64,000 bases of DNA from the NCBI GenBank assembly GCA_963976765.1, contig CAXBME010000033.1:1-64000 (forward strand). Reading direction: 5' to 3'. Made by a program: the position numbers and the translations under genes. Position 1 is the stretch's first letter. Every line of letters begins with the position of its first letter. Positions 29,393-39,837 of this stretch are shown here, in pieces. The stretch is from an uncultured Planctomycetaceae bacterium (lineage in GTDB: Bacteria; Planctomycetota; Planctomycetia; Planctomycetales; Planctomycetaceae). Below the pieces are notes generated by a model. That model was given only the letters and a program-made list of their open reading frames with translations, was not told the DNA's origin and ran no database searches.

Positions 29393-30469
29393 ATGCAGCC
29401 TTCCCAGGAATTACGAACTCAGGATCTTCGAATTCGCGGCACAGAACCGCTGATTTCTCCGAAAGAATTGAAGGACGAGTTCCCAATTTCCGAAACCGCC
29501 GCTCGAACGGTCGTAGATTGCCGGGAAACTCTTCAGAAAATCCTCTCCGGTGAAGACTCCCGACCGGTTGCAATCGTCGGGCCCTGCTCGATCCACAACA
29601 CCGATCTTGGGCTGGAATACGCTCATAAGCTGAAGACACTGGCAGACGAAGTGCAGGATCAGATTTTCGTGATCATGCGTGTGTACTTCGAAAAGCCACG
29701 CACAACTGTCGGCTGGAAGGGGCTCATCAATGACCCCCACATGAACGACACGTTCGACATCAACACCGGACTTCGTCGAGCTCGAAAGCTACTGCTGGAT
29801 ATCAACGAGATCGGCCTGTCTGCCGCCACCGAACTGCTTGAGCCGGTTACCCCACAATACATTGCTGACCTGATCACTCTGGGGGCGATCGGTGCCCGCA
29901 CTACGGAATCACCGACTCACCGTCAGATGGCCAGCGGCCTTTCGATGCCGGTCGGGTTTAAAAATGGAACCGACGGCAGCCTGCAGAGCGCTCTGGATGC
30001 GTTGCTTTCGGCGAAGACCGAGCACAGTTTTCTGGGCATCGACGGCGACGGTCGGACCTGCATTGTCAATACGATGGGTAACCCGTGGGGGCATCTTATG
30101 CTGCGGGGTGGTCGGTCTGGCCCGAACTTCGACGCCGAGTCGATCAACTCAGCAGCCGAGCGTCTGGAATCTGCCGGCCTGACTCCCAGAATGATCGTTG
30201 ATTGCAGCCATGCCAACTCCAACAAGGATTACACACGGCAGCACGTGGCGTGGAATGATGTCATCGGTCAAAAGGCCGCAGGCAACACGTCGATTATTGG
30301 GCTGATGCTCGAAAGCAATCTCAAAGCCGGCAACCAGAGCCTGACTGACCCCGCGAAAATCGAATACGGTGTTTCCATCACCGATGGCTGCATCGATTTC
30401 GAAGAAACGCAACGGCTTCTTCGCACTGCCGCCGCCACTCTGGCTGGAGCTGGCCAGACTGCCCGCTGA
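29393..30469 (+). CDS. 3-deoxy-7-phosphoheptulonate (DAHP) synthase, class I-alpha (AroF/G/H type)
   Basis: VGPCSIH, MRVYFEKPRTTVGWKGLINDP, IGARTTES, DCSHANS and GVSITDGC. Confidence 0.97.
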   Translation: MQPSQELRTQDLRIRGTEPLISPKELKDEFPISETAARTVVDCRETLQKILSGEDSRPVAIVGPCSIHNTDLGLEYAHKLKTLADEVQDQIFVIMRVYFEKPRTTVGWKGLINDPHMNDTFDINTGLRRARKLLLDINEIGLSAATELLEPVTPQYIADLITLGAIGARTTESPTHRQMASGLSMPVGFKNGTDGSLQSALDALLSAKTEHSFLGIDGDGRTCIVNTMGNPWGHLMLRGGRSGPNFDAESINSAAERLESAGLTPRMIVDCSHANSNKDYTRQHVAWNDVIGQKAAGNTSIIGLMLESNLKAGNQSLTDPAKIEYGVSITDGCIDFEETQRLLRTAAATLAGAGQTAR

Positions 30470-30828
30470 ATGCACTGGTCGTCGGCTGCTGACCGATCAT
30501 CGATCGCTCGTCAACTCGCCTGGTAAGCTTTGCCGGTTCTGACGGTTGTTCGTTGAATAACGGTCCCGAAATCTGCATCGACAGAATCGGTCAATCGGCT
30601 TGCTGTCGATTTTGAGTTTCGATTGTGACGAAGACTCCAGACGTATCGTCTTTCTGGCGGACCGTCTGTCTATGGCGAGTCTCTCGGTCGGCAATACGTC
30701 AGCAGCATCTCGCCAGACCGGGATCGCCACTTTCCGCACTCGATTGACCGGTAAAATTTTCGGCCTCGTCAGCAGATCAGCAGGCTAAGCGAGCAGATTG
30801 CCAGCTTCTCAAGGATACGGTGATTCCC

Positions 30829-32418
30829 ATGAAGTCGACTGCAGCCACCCTGACCCTTGCATTGCTGGGCACTGTCGCCGTTTCGGGATGCCATCAAACT
30901 GCTCAGCGAGCGTCTTCCATTGCCAGCAATCTGCCCATTCCGAGCAAGCAGTTCGAGGACTACGAAACTCGTCTGGGCATTGCCCGGCAGGACGAGCGAA
31001 AAGGAAAGACGAAAGCCGCGAGAAAGGCTTACGAGAAGCTCGTTAAAGAGAATCCGACGAACCCGCTGGTCTACCACCGTCTTGGCATCATCGCCGCCGG
31101 GAACGGAGAATTCGACACGGCGAATGGCAACTTCCGTCGAGCTTACGAACTGGCTCCCGAAAACGCCGAACTGCTTGCCGACTGGGGATACTCGCTCTAC
31201 CTGCAAGGCGAGTTCATTGAAGCGGAAGAGCTGACACGACTGGGGACCGAGCTGGCTCCTTACGACACTCGCATCGCCAATAACCTCAGCCTGATCTACC
31301 AGAATTCACCGTTCAACCCACCGGTCGGACCGCAAATGGTCCAGCTGATGCCTGACGACAATCAGGGAGTCGTCGTTGCCGAAGCGCTCGGCGAAAATGT
31401 TGCAGGGTCTGAGCTGGAGTGGCAAAGAGCCAACTATCAGGAAAGCCTTCACCCGTTCGAAGAAATAGCGTTGCCGGGGCCAGCCCCTCAGGCAGAGACC
31501 GTTGCCGCATCGCCGCCTGACAGGCAGCCTGCTCAGTTTCCAGAACTCAATGAGCCAATCGCGATCGCCGCTGCAGAAGTGTCTCCGGCAGAATCCGTTT
31601 CCGTTGACAAAATAAGCATCGCCCCGGAACACGTTCGCAAACTGCTGACACGAGCCCGCCTGGAGCTCGCTGCGGGTGACGTCGAGATGTCCCACGCCTT
31701 CGCCGAGGCAGCTGCCGAAACCGCCATCCCAATGCAGGTTTTTCAGGACGAGCCGGAAAAAGTTCTCGACGAAATCGAATTCGTAACCGGCCACAACAGC
31801 GTGATGTCACTGGAGAATCCAGCGCTGGCTACGACCGAATTTTCTCAGGTCGTACCTCCAGCCCCAGCTGAGTATCAGGAAGGCAGGACCAGTAACGTTT
31901 CGGCCACGTCCATCTGGGATGAAGCGGCCGCGAACGATCCGCAAGGCTTTCGAGCCATCGGGCGAACTTCGCTGAACATTACTCCAAAACTGATCGACAG
32001 CGATGGCGAGCGACGGTTGCTGCCGGAACGTCGAGCTTTTCAGAAGCTCAGTCAGGTTCCCGTCGTCAATCACACGGTCGGCTACAGCCGCGATTGGGTT
32101 CCGCTGTCATATTCGTGGGAAGCTCCGCAGCTCAAGTATAACCCGCTTTATTTCGAAGACCCTCAGCTTGAACGCTACGGCAACGACATCGGTATCCTGC
32201 AGCCATTCCTGTCCGGAGCCCGTTTCTACGCCACCATTCCGACGCTGCCGTACCAGATGATGAGTGAAGGCAACAGCGTCTGTCACACAGTCTATGACTT
32301 CGGCTACGCTCGACCAGGCGACTGCGTGCCGTACGCTCTGGAAGTACCCGAGTTCAGCTTGACCGGCAGTCTTGCCAGCGGCGGCTGGGTCTACGCTCTG
32401 ATCGTGATCCTGCCCTAA
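30829..32418 (+). CDS. Lipoprotein with N-terminal TPRs and C-terminal YFEDxxLERYG domain
   Basis: Lipobox VSGC, about three TPRs, a Pro/Ala/Glu linker, and YNPLYFEDPQLERYG...RPGDCVP. Confidence 0.85.
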   Translation: MKSTAATLTLALLGTVAVSGCHQTAQRASSIASNLPIPSKQFEDYETRLGIARQDERKGKTKAARKAYEKLVKENPTNPLVYHRLGIIAAGNGEFDTANGNFRRAYELAPENAELLADWGYSLYLQGEFIEAEELTRLGTELAPYDTRIANNLSLIYQNSPFNPPVGPQMVQLMPDDNQGVVVAEALGENVAGSELEWQRANYQESLHPFEEIALPGPAPQAETVAASPPDRQPAQFPELNEPIAIAAAEVSPAESVSVDKISIAPEHVRKLLTRARLELAAGDVEMSHAFAEAAAETAIPMQVFQDEPEKVLDEIEFVTGHNSVMSLENPALATTEFSQVVPPAPAEYQEGRTSNVSATSIWDEAAANDPQGFRAIGRTSLNITPKLIDSDGERRLLPERRAFQKLSQVPVVNHTVGYSRDWVPLSYSWEAPQLKYNPLYFEDPQLERYGNDIGILQPFLSGARFYATIPTLPYQMMSEGNSVCHTVYDFGYARPGDCVPYALEVPEFSLTGSLASGGWVYALIVILP

Positions 32419-32559
32419 GACGGCTTCGCCAGTAGTGGCCTCAGCCGACCGATGCCCGGATGGTCATCGCAGTTTTCCCCTACCGCTGGCATGTCAGGCC
32501 ACTGCTCCGTTATTTTCCGCTCTGTTCGATTTTACCGACGGAGCGAAAAGGAACGGACC

Positions 32560-35331
32560 ATGTCTGCACGGAAGATTCTTGCGACGACGATCACTTGCCT
32601 CATTGCGATTTCAGTCGTCAGTTCAGCAACGCTCGTTCAAGCTGAAACTAAACTGGTGACTTCGGTTGAAGGCATCACCGAGTTCGAACTCGACAACGGC
32701 ATGCGAGTCCTGCTGTTTCCCGATGGGTCGAAGCCGACCGTCACCGTCAACGTGACCTACTTCGTTGGTTCAAGACACGAAGGCTACGGCGAAGCCGGCA
32801 TGGCTCACCTGCTGGAGCACATGCTTTTCAAAGGGACTCCGACTCACCCCGACGTGCCCAAGTCTCTCAAGGATCGTGGAGCCGACTTCAACGGGACGAC
32901 CTGGCTCGATCGAACCAACTATTACGAAACGCTGCCCGGCAACGAGGACAACCTTGAGTTCGCCCTCAAACTCGAAGCCGACCGCATGATCAACAGCAAC
33001 GTCGCGGCGGAAGATCTGGCGACGGAGTTCTCAGTCGTCCGCAGCGAATTCGAACGCGGCGAGAACAGCCCGACGTCCGTCCTCTGGAAGCGGATGGTTT
33101 CTGCGGCGTTCTTATGGCACAACTATGGAAACTCAACAATCGGCAACCGGGCGGACATCGAACGCGTGCCCATCGACAATCTCAGAAAGTTTTACCATCG
33201 CTATTACCAGCCAGATAACGCGTTGCTGGTGATCGCTGGCAAGTTCGACGGCAAAGAGGCAATCGAGCTTACCGAAAAGTATTTCGGATCGATCCCTCGC
33301 CCGGAACGAAAGCTTGACAGAACTTACACGCAGGAACCGGCGCAGGACGGCGAACGCTTTGTGACACTTCGCCGAGTTGGCGAAGTCGCTGCTGTCGGAG
33401 CGGTCTATCACATTCCCGCCGGCCCTCATCCGGAGTACCCGGCGATCGACGTGCTGGAGTCCATGCTGACCGCTGAGCCAGCCGGACGCCTCTATAAAGA
33501 ACTCGTTGAAAAGAAGCGGGCATCCAGCGTTTCCGGAGCGGCGTTCGCGCTGCACGATCCTGGCATTTTTCTACTCATTGCCGAAGTCAACAAAGGCAAC
33601 GAGCCTCGCGGCGTGCTGGAGTCGATGATCGACGTTGTCGAAGACTTTGGCGAGTCAGAGATCAGCGAAGAAGATGTCAACCGAGCGAAACAGCGACTGC
33701 TCAAACAATGGGAGCTGGCGACTGCCGATTCTCGACGTCTGGCGATTCAGCTCAGCGAATGGGCGGCGCAGGGCGACTGGCGTTTGTACTTCCTGTATCG
33801 GGATCGGCTGGAAAAAGTCGACGTCGAGCAGGTTCGAAGCGTCTCGAAGAAATACCTTCGACAGAACAACCGCACGGTCGGAATGTACCTGCCCATGAAA
33901 GAGGCCGACCGCGTTTCAGTGCCCGAAACTCCAGCCCTGGCCGAAATGATCGGCGACTACAAAGGTCGCGCGGCTGTTGCAGCGGGAGAAGACTTTGACG
34001 TTTCGCCCGAGAACATTGAACGACGCACGCAGAGACTCATCATCAATGGCGGCCTGAAGGTTGCGTTGCTGCCTAAGAAAAACCGCGGCGAAGCCGTGCA
34101 GCTGGAATTGACTCTACGTTACGGAAACGAAGAAACCCTGTACGGTCAGGCCACAGTCGCCGAGTTTCTTCCGACGCTGATGACTCGGGGAACGATGAAT
34201 CTTGATCGTCAGCAGCTTCAGGACGAACTCGACCGCAACTTTGCGCAACTCAGCGGTAGCGGGTCCGCAGGCGAAGCAACATTCTCGATCAAAACAAAAC
34301 GCGCCAACCTGAAACGCGTCCTGGAGATTCTCGGCGAGGTGCTTCGCAATCCAACGATTCCCGGAAGCGAGCTGGACGTGCTTAAGAACGAGTACGTCAC
34401 CTCGCTTGAGCAGGGGTCGACCGAGCCAACAGCCCTCGCTCAACGTGCCGCTCAGAAAAAGATTTCGCCTTACCCGAAAGGGCACCCGCTCTACGCGCCG
34501 TCGATTCCCGAAGAAATCGAAATGGTCAAGGCCGTGACCATCGACGATATCAAAAGCCTGTACTCAGAATTCCTGAACGGATCGAACGGTGAGCTGAGCA
34601 TCGTCGGCGACTTTGATTCCGACGCGACGCTTGAGCAGGTCGAGTCGATTCTCGACGGCTGGGAATCAAAGCAGCCCTATGTTCGAATTGAGAAAAATGG
34701 CGATCAGAAACTGACTGCCGAAACTGAAGACATCAACACGCCCGACAAAGCTAACGCGATGTACTTTGCCGTGACCGCCTTCCCGATGAAGGACGACGAT
34801 CCGGATTACCCCGCACTTCTGATGGGGAATTACATTTACGGCGGCGGTGCTCTGGCCAATCGGCTGGGTAACCGCGTCCGCCAGAAAGAAGGTCTTTCCT
34901 ACGGTATCCGATCGGGGCTTTCGGTTTCGTCCCTCGACAACCGGTCAGTCTTCTACACGTACGCCATCTGCAATCCCGCCAACATGGTAAAGGTCAAAGC
35001 GGCGATTCGAGAAGAACTCGATCTGCTCAGGGCCAAAGGTGTCACTGACGAAGAACTGGCCTCTGCCAAACAGGGCTGGCTGCAGAGCCAGGCGGTTGGA
35101 CGTGGCAATGACGGCACACTGGTCAGCACGCTCAGCGGCACGGCTCGAGCCGGACGGTCAATGGAGTACTACAGTGGCCTCGAAACAAAGGTCCGGTCCG
35201 TCACGACTGAGCAGGTTCTGGAAGTCGTGAATAAATATCTCGATCCGGAACGAATCGTCATTGTCGCGGCTGGAGATTTTGAAAAGGCCGCAACGAATGC
35301 GGAAGCCGGCAAGGATCAGCCTGAAAACTGA
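32560..35331 (+). CDS. M16 (pitrilysin/insulinase) zinc peptidase
   Basis: Signal peptide, inverted zinc motif HLLEH, NGTTWLDRTNYY and VRQKEGLSYG. Confidence 0.95.
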   Translation: MSARKILATTITCLIAISVVSSATLVQAETKLVTSVEGITEFELDNGMRVLLFPDGSKPTVTVNVTYFVGSRHEGYGEAGMAHLLEHMLFKGTPTHPDVPKSLKDRGADFNGTTWLDRTNYYETLPGNEDNLEFALKLEADRMINSNVAAEDLATEFSVVRSEFERGENSPTSVLWKRMVSAAFLWHNYGNSTIGNRADIERVPIDNLRKFYHRYYQPDNALLVIAGKFDGKEAIELTEKYFGSIPRPERKLDRTYTQEPAQDGERFVTLRRVGEVAAVGAVYHIPAGPHPEYPAIDVLESMLTAEPAGRLYKELVEKKRASSVSGAAFALHDPGIFLLIAEVNKGNEPRGVLESMIDVVEDFGESEISEEDVNRAKQRLLKQWELATADSRRLAIQLSEWAAQGDWRLYFLYRDRLEKVDVEQVRSVSKKYLRQNNRTVGMYLPMKEADRVSVPETPALAEMIGDYKGRAAVAAGEDFDVSPENIERRTQRLIINGGLKVALLPKKNRGEAVQLELTLRYGNEETLYGQATVAEFLPTLMTRGTMNLDRQQLQDELDRNFAQLSGSGSAGEATFSIKTKRANLKRVLEILGEVLRNPTIPGSELDVLKNEYVTSLEQGSTEPTALAQRAAQKKISPYPKGHPLYAPSIPEEIEMVKAVTIDDIKSLYSEFLNGSNGELSIVGDFDSDATLEQVESILDGWESKQPYVRIEKNGDQKLTAETEDINTPDKANAMYFAVTAFPMKDDDPDYPALLMGNYIYGGGALANRLGNRVRQKEGLSYGIRSGLSVSSLDNRSVFYTYAICNPANMVKVKAAIREELDLLRAKGVTDEELASAKQGWLQSQAVGRGNDGTLVSTLSGTARAGRSMEYYSGLETKVRSVTTEQVLEVVNKYLDPERIVIVAAGDFEKAATNAEAGKDQPEN

Positions 35332-35403
35332 GATCGTCCGCAGCCGATTATACAGGACACGGACACGGTCTATTAACTTGAGTAACTTGAGAGCTGTTTG
35401 AAT

Positions 35404-35862
35404 ATGACAACTCCGCGACAGTGGATCATCACCGGAGCGATTCTCGCCGCGCTGGCGGTCGTATTCGGAGCGTTCGGTGCGCACGGACTCGAGCCACGTT
35501 TGAAGTCGCTGTACGGCGATCAGGAAAAATCGATCGCTGGACACACGGTGCCCGCGACGTACAAGTATCTCCAGGATTTCAAAACGGGCGCGGACTATCA
35601 CATGTACCACGCCCTGGGTTTGCTGGCTCTGGGGATCGCGGCGGCTCAGCAAACCACTGTCCGAAGGAGCCACCGCATCGCCGCGTGGTGCTTTCTGCTG
35701 GGCATCGTTCTGTTTTCAGGCAGCCTCTACGTGCTCGTTCTGTCGGGGATGCGATGGCTCGGAGCGATCACGCCGATCGGCGGCACGCTGATGATCATCG
35801 GCTGGGTTGCCTTTGCAATTGGAATGCTGGGGACTGCGCAGCCGACGACATCGCAGGACTGA
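35404..35862 (+). CDS. DUF423 membrane protein
   Basis: GAFGAHGL, YHMYHALGL, LFSGSLY and LGAITPIGG. Confidence 0.93.
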   Translation: MTTPRQWIITGAILAALAVVFGAFGAHGLEPRLKSLYGDQEKSIAGHTVPATYKYLQDFKTGADYHMYHALGLLALGIAAAQQTTVRRSHRIAAWCFLLGIVLFSGSLYVLVLSGMRWLGAITPIGGTLMIIGWVAFAIGMLGTAQPTTSQD

Positions 35863-36016
35863 ATGAAGTTCAGGGCGCGGCCGTTGATAATTGAACCATC
35901 GTCGCACCAGACTGGTTGGTTCCATTCAGTTGCCGGGTTTGCTTATGATCGATCAGGTGGTTACACGAAGCCTGGTTCTCGGGCGAACCACATCGAAATG
36001 ATCAACATGCGAGCCA

Positions 36017-36250
36017 ATGATGCAGCGAGTTAATAAGCCATTTCAGAGCATAGCGTCGCCGCTGCTGTTTGCCGCTGTGATGGTTTTTCTCGCTTCGGAA
36101 GTCTTTGCTGACGGCAGGCTTCTGGCTCAGGCACCGACTCCAGTGACAAACGTCGTTTCAGGACGCAGTTTCACGGTCGAAATCGGCATTGTCATCGTTA
36201 TGTTCGGCGGAGCGTTGTTTGCGGTCTGCCGATCCAGCAACCGCACGTAA
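36017..36250 (+). CDS. Small membrane protein (77 aa)
   Basis: Two hydrophobic segments and a C-terminal ALFAVCRSSNR. Co-directional with the KAS gene. Confidence 0.65.
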   Translation: MMQRVNKPFQSIASPLLFAAVMVFLASEVFADGRLLAQAPTPVTNVVSGRSFTVEIGIVIVMFGGALFAVCRSSNRT

Positions 36251-36287
36251 ATTGCCAGTCCCATAGAATTCAGGCTGGTCGCTTCCG

Positions 36288-37592
36288 ATGTCAGAACGAA
36301 ACCGAGTACTCATCACGGGAGTCGGTGTCGTCAGTCCACTGGGCAATCGCGAAGAATTCTGGCGACGGCTGACTGCTGGTGAAACGGCAACGCGTCGGCT
36401 GGTTCCGAGCGAGCGGGATTGCGAATTCTGGCCTGAAGATTCCTCAGGTGCTGTCGCCGTCCCTTCTGAAGATTTGACAGGAACACTCTCGGCGTATTCG
36501 AGAAGTGACATCCTTCCCCTGCTGACCGAGCCTGCGATTGCACACGCACTCGCGGCAACCCTGGAAGCACTGGCCGATGCGAAGCTCCATCTCGATACAA
36601 CAGGCCGGATCGTCGCAGAACGAGAACGCGTCGGATGCGTCATCGGAACCAGCAAAGGCGGCGTCCGTACGCTGCATGAAATTTTGCTTGCGAAACGGTG
36701 TCGGTGTCCCGAGCCGCTCGCCCGACACAGGAAAAGCGAAGCTGACGCCTGGTGGCCGATGATCGCTCCATCTGGCCCCGCTGCTGCGGTCTCGACTTTG
36801 CTCGGGACCAGAGGCCCGTTGCTGTCACCGGTCGCCGCCTGCGCGACCGGGTTGATGAGTCTGGTTCGGGCCGCTGAGTTAATTGAATCGGGCGCGTGCG
36901 ACGTTGTCATCGCCGGCAGCTCTGACGCGTCGCTGGCTCCTTCAATCATTGCTTCATTCCGAAAACTCGGAGTCCTTTCAAAGCAGCATGACAAGCCGGA
37001 ATCAGCCATCCGCCCGTTCGACAAGAATCGAGACGGCTTCTATGTTGGAGAGGGAGCAGGCGTCTTCGTTCTTGAATCGGAAGATCACGCTCGCCAGCGA
37101 CGAGCAACGCCGTATGCCGAATGGCTGGCCGGTGGAAATGTTGCCGACACGTTTGCGATGACGAAACTATCGGACGATCCGGAATCTCTGACCTGGCTCA
37201 TCGGCGACGTTTTAAAGAGAAGCAACCTTGAACCCGGCGACATCGACTACCTGAGTCTTCATGGAACGGCAACTCGCATGAATGACGTCTGCGAAATGCG
37301 AGCGGTCAATCGGTCGTTTGGGAACGCGCGGCATGAGCTGGCGGGTTCGAGCATCAAAGGAGCCATCGGTCACTTACTCGGTGCGGCTGGAAGCGTCGAA
37401 TTCGCGGCGATGCTTCTGGCGATGCGCGATAGTCTGCTGCCTCCAACTGCCAACCTCGAAACCCCCGAAGACAGTTTCGACATCAACCTCGTCGCGAACA
37501 AAGCACAGAGGCGAACGGTCAGACACGCGATGAAGTTGTCGCTGGGCTTCGGCGGACACCTGGTTGCTGCGACAGTCCGAACAACTGGGTGA
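36288..37592 (+). CDS. Beta-ketoacyl-ACP synthase II-like (FabF family)
   Basis: VLITGVGVVSPLG, ACATG (Cys), RPFDKNRDGF, HGTAT, GHLLGAAG and SLGFGG. Confidence 0.92.
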   Translation: MSERNRVLITGVGVVSPLGNREEFWRRLTAGETATRRLVPSERDCEFWPEDSSGAVAVPSEDLTGTLSAYSRSDILPLLTEPAIAHALAATLEALADAKLHLDTTGRIVAERERVGCVIGTSKGGVRTLHEILLAKRCRCPEPLARHRKSEADAWWPMIAPSGPAAAVSTLLGTRGPLLSPVAACATGLMSLVRAAELIESGACDVVIAGSSDASLAPSIIASFRKLGVLSKQHDKPESAIRPFDKNRDGFYVGEGAGVFVLESEDHARQRRATPYAEWLAGGNVADTFAMTKLSDDPESLTWLIGDVLKRSNLEPGDIDYLSLHGTATRMNDVCEMRAVNRSFGNARHELAGSSIKGAIGHLLGAAGSVEFAAMLLAMRDSLLPPTANLETPEDSFDINLVANKAQRRTVRHAMKLSLGFGGHLVAATVRTTG

Positions 37593-37719
37593 ACCTTAAC
37601 AACCTGCTGGAGACACACGGCGACGTTTCTACAGTCTCCGACTGGTCATTGACTGGCCAGCCACCAACAATCACTGACGGAGCATTGGTAACCGGGAAAT
37701 CTGCCACGGAGAAGCTGTC

Positions 37720-38337
37720 GTGAATGATCTTGTTTTAGCGATCACTGGAGCCAGCGGGTCGGCGTACGCGGTGCGTTTGCTGGAAGTTCTGGTCGCAGCC
37801 GGTCGGAACGTGCACCTGGTCGTCAGTCCGGCGGGGCAGCAGGTTGTTGGGCACGAGCTTGGTCTGAAGATTGATACTGCTGACTTTTCGATTGAGCAGC
37901 TTCTTCCGGAGTTTGCCGAGTCGGATGAAAGTGGAAACGGGAAGGTGCAGCTTCACGACTATCGAGATTTTTCAGCCGGCATTGCGAGCGGGTCGTTTCG
38001 AACCAGCGGCATGGTGATCTGCCCGTGCTCGATGGGGACGCTGGCTGCCGTGTCGCAGGGACTTTCACAGAACCTGATCCACCGCGCGGCAGACGTTCAT
38101 CTCAAGGAACGTCGCAAGCTGATCGTCGTTCCGCGCGAGACTCCGCTGGGCAGCATCCAGCTTTCAAACATGAAAACGCTGGCAGATGCCGGAGCGGTTA
38201 TCCTGCCGGCGATGCCCGGCTTCTATAATCAGCCAAAGTCGATCGATGATCTGGTCGACTTTGTCGTCGCCCGAATCTGTGATCAGCTCGGTGTTGAGCA
38301 GGACCTGACAAAACGCTGGGGCGACCAGAACCTGTAG
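37720..38337 (+). CDS. ubiX: Flavin prenyltransferase UbiX
   Basis: AITGASG, IASGSF, PCSMGT, RAADVHLKERRKLIVVPRETP and PGFY. Confidence 0.96.
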   Translation: MNDLVLAITGASGSAYAVRLLEVLVAAGRNVHLVVSPAGQQVVGHELGLKIDTADFSIEQLLPEFAESDESGNGKVQLHDYRDFSAGIASGSFRTSGMVICPCSMGTLAAVSQGLSQNLIHRAADVHLKERRKLIVVPRETPLGSIQLSNMKTLADAGAVILPAMPGFYNQPKSIDDLVDFVVARICDQLGVEQDLTKRWGDQNL

Positions 38338-38338
38338 C

Positions 38339-38941
38339 TTACTCGTTTGGCTCTGGCTCGGACTGCTTCGGTGGAGTGGCCTTGCGTGGTGGGTTCGTCA
38401 GGCGGTCACGTTTGAATTCGGCGGTTTCGATTTTGCCGAACATCAAACCACCAACCTTTCCATGCTGCCAGGTGCCAGCGTACCGGTCTCCGTGAAACAT
38501 CAGGCGAGCCGAGAAGGTTCCCATCCCGGCGATGGTGAATTCGTCGAGCGTCAGGACCGGTGTCCTGCCTGCCCACAGAACTTTCATAGTGAGTGGAATC
38601 GGCACTCCTTTGTGGACATAAACGAACAGCCAGAAATCGTCTTTGACTTTATTGACCGTTGCCAGCTCGTAGCGGTCAGGCCTCAGCAGCTTTGCTGGAT
38701 CGACGGGTTCGTCAGAATCGGTCGTGAAGTTGCCGACCAAAGTTGCTCCGGTCAGGAGTTTCGAAAAATCAGCCTCGGCGACCTGACGAGCAGACTCGAC
38801 ATCCTGTTGCCCCTGTTTCGCGGGTGCTGGCTGGGATGTTCCCGGAGCATCCGCCGATTCTTTTACTTTGTCCTGAGCCGGCAGCGGCAACGAGGTCAAA
38901 GTCATCACCAGAATCACCGAAAGCATTGTCAGCCTGTTCAT
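38339..38941 (-). CDS. Secreted hypothetical protein
   Basis: Signal peptide and a beta-rich domain (LVGNFT, WAGRTPV, YAGTWQHG). Confidence 0.8.
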   Translation of the reverse strand: MNRLTMLSVILVMTLTSLPLPAQDKVKESADAPGTSQPAPAKQGQQDVESARQVAEADFSKLLTGATLVGNFTTDSDEPVDPAKLLRPDRYELATVNKVKDDFWLFVYVHKGVPIPLTMKVLWAGRTPVLTLDEFTIAGMGTFSARLMFHGDRYAGTWQHGKVGGLMFGKIETAEFKRDRLTNPPRKATPPKQSEPEPNE

Positions 38942-39837
38942 AGCCAGTGTTTCCCGTACTCAGGATTGAAATGACAAAACGTGTCCTGGGCGACCGTCGA
39001 TCCGTAAACGCTAGCTGCGACGAGGCAACTCGCATTTACTGCGGCTTCGGTTCCCGTACCGATGTTTTCCGCCACGGTTCGCCGTCCGTGGAGCCTGGCA
39101 GAATCGTACGCAGCGGCTGCGCCATCAGCAAAGGAAGTGCCAATTATCGTCAATTTGAGTGTTTGCGGGACGACTCGCAAAACCGAACACAAACGGATTT
39201 CAGACATTTTCGAAACGCCAGGCAGAATGTGCGTAGACGGTCCAGAGGATCGTGGTAGCATCGCTGAATACGGATCTCCGGATCGAATGCCGGTTCTCTC
39301 ACGGAAAGAAAGGACTCTGCCGATGAGAAGCCTTCCCGCAGCTTTTGCTGTATTCCGTATCCCACCCCCTGCTGAGTCCTTCGCGAGTCGCCCATTGATT
39401 TTCAACCGGCGAACATCTGCGGCGGATGTCTGTCTTCTTTTGAAGGTTCGTCCAATAACTCCAGAACTTCGCCCGGAGTGCTCACTGATCGTGGCCCCGG
39501 CTCCTTTCTCCTGTCCGAGGACGGACGACCATCGAACGAGGATTCTCCAACCTGGTTATCCGGTGTGGGAAAACTGTGTCACGTTTTCTCAAACCTTGAC
39601 CAAAAGATGGGGCTCGCAGCGTTGCGAAACCCGTCTAAAAACGAACAATCGACGTAAAGGCCATTTGGCCTTCCGAGTCACAATCCACTGCGCACCCACC
39701 GGGTGTTTACTGTTAAACGTTATTTAAACATTCGGCGCCGATCGGCACTGAAACCGTTCACGACAATCAACCTTTGGTTGCGCATAACCGCGAACGGATG
39801 TGCGGACAGGAAGTTTTTTCAAGGAAAGGGTATCACC

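Noticed and set aside
36288..38337. KAS + UbiX as a secondary-metabolite cluster
   Set aside because: There is no ACP, chain-length factor, UbiD or tailoring gene nearby. It looks like ordinary gene adjacency.
39062..39727. 221-aa ORF and overlapping ORFs upstream of rpoD
   Set aside because: No motifs, atypical composition and mutually overlapping frames. Treated as non-coding.
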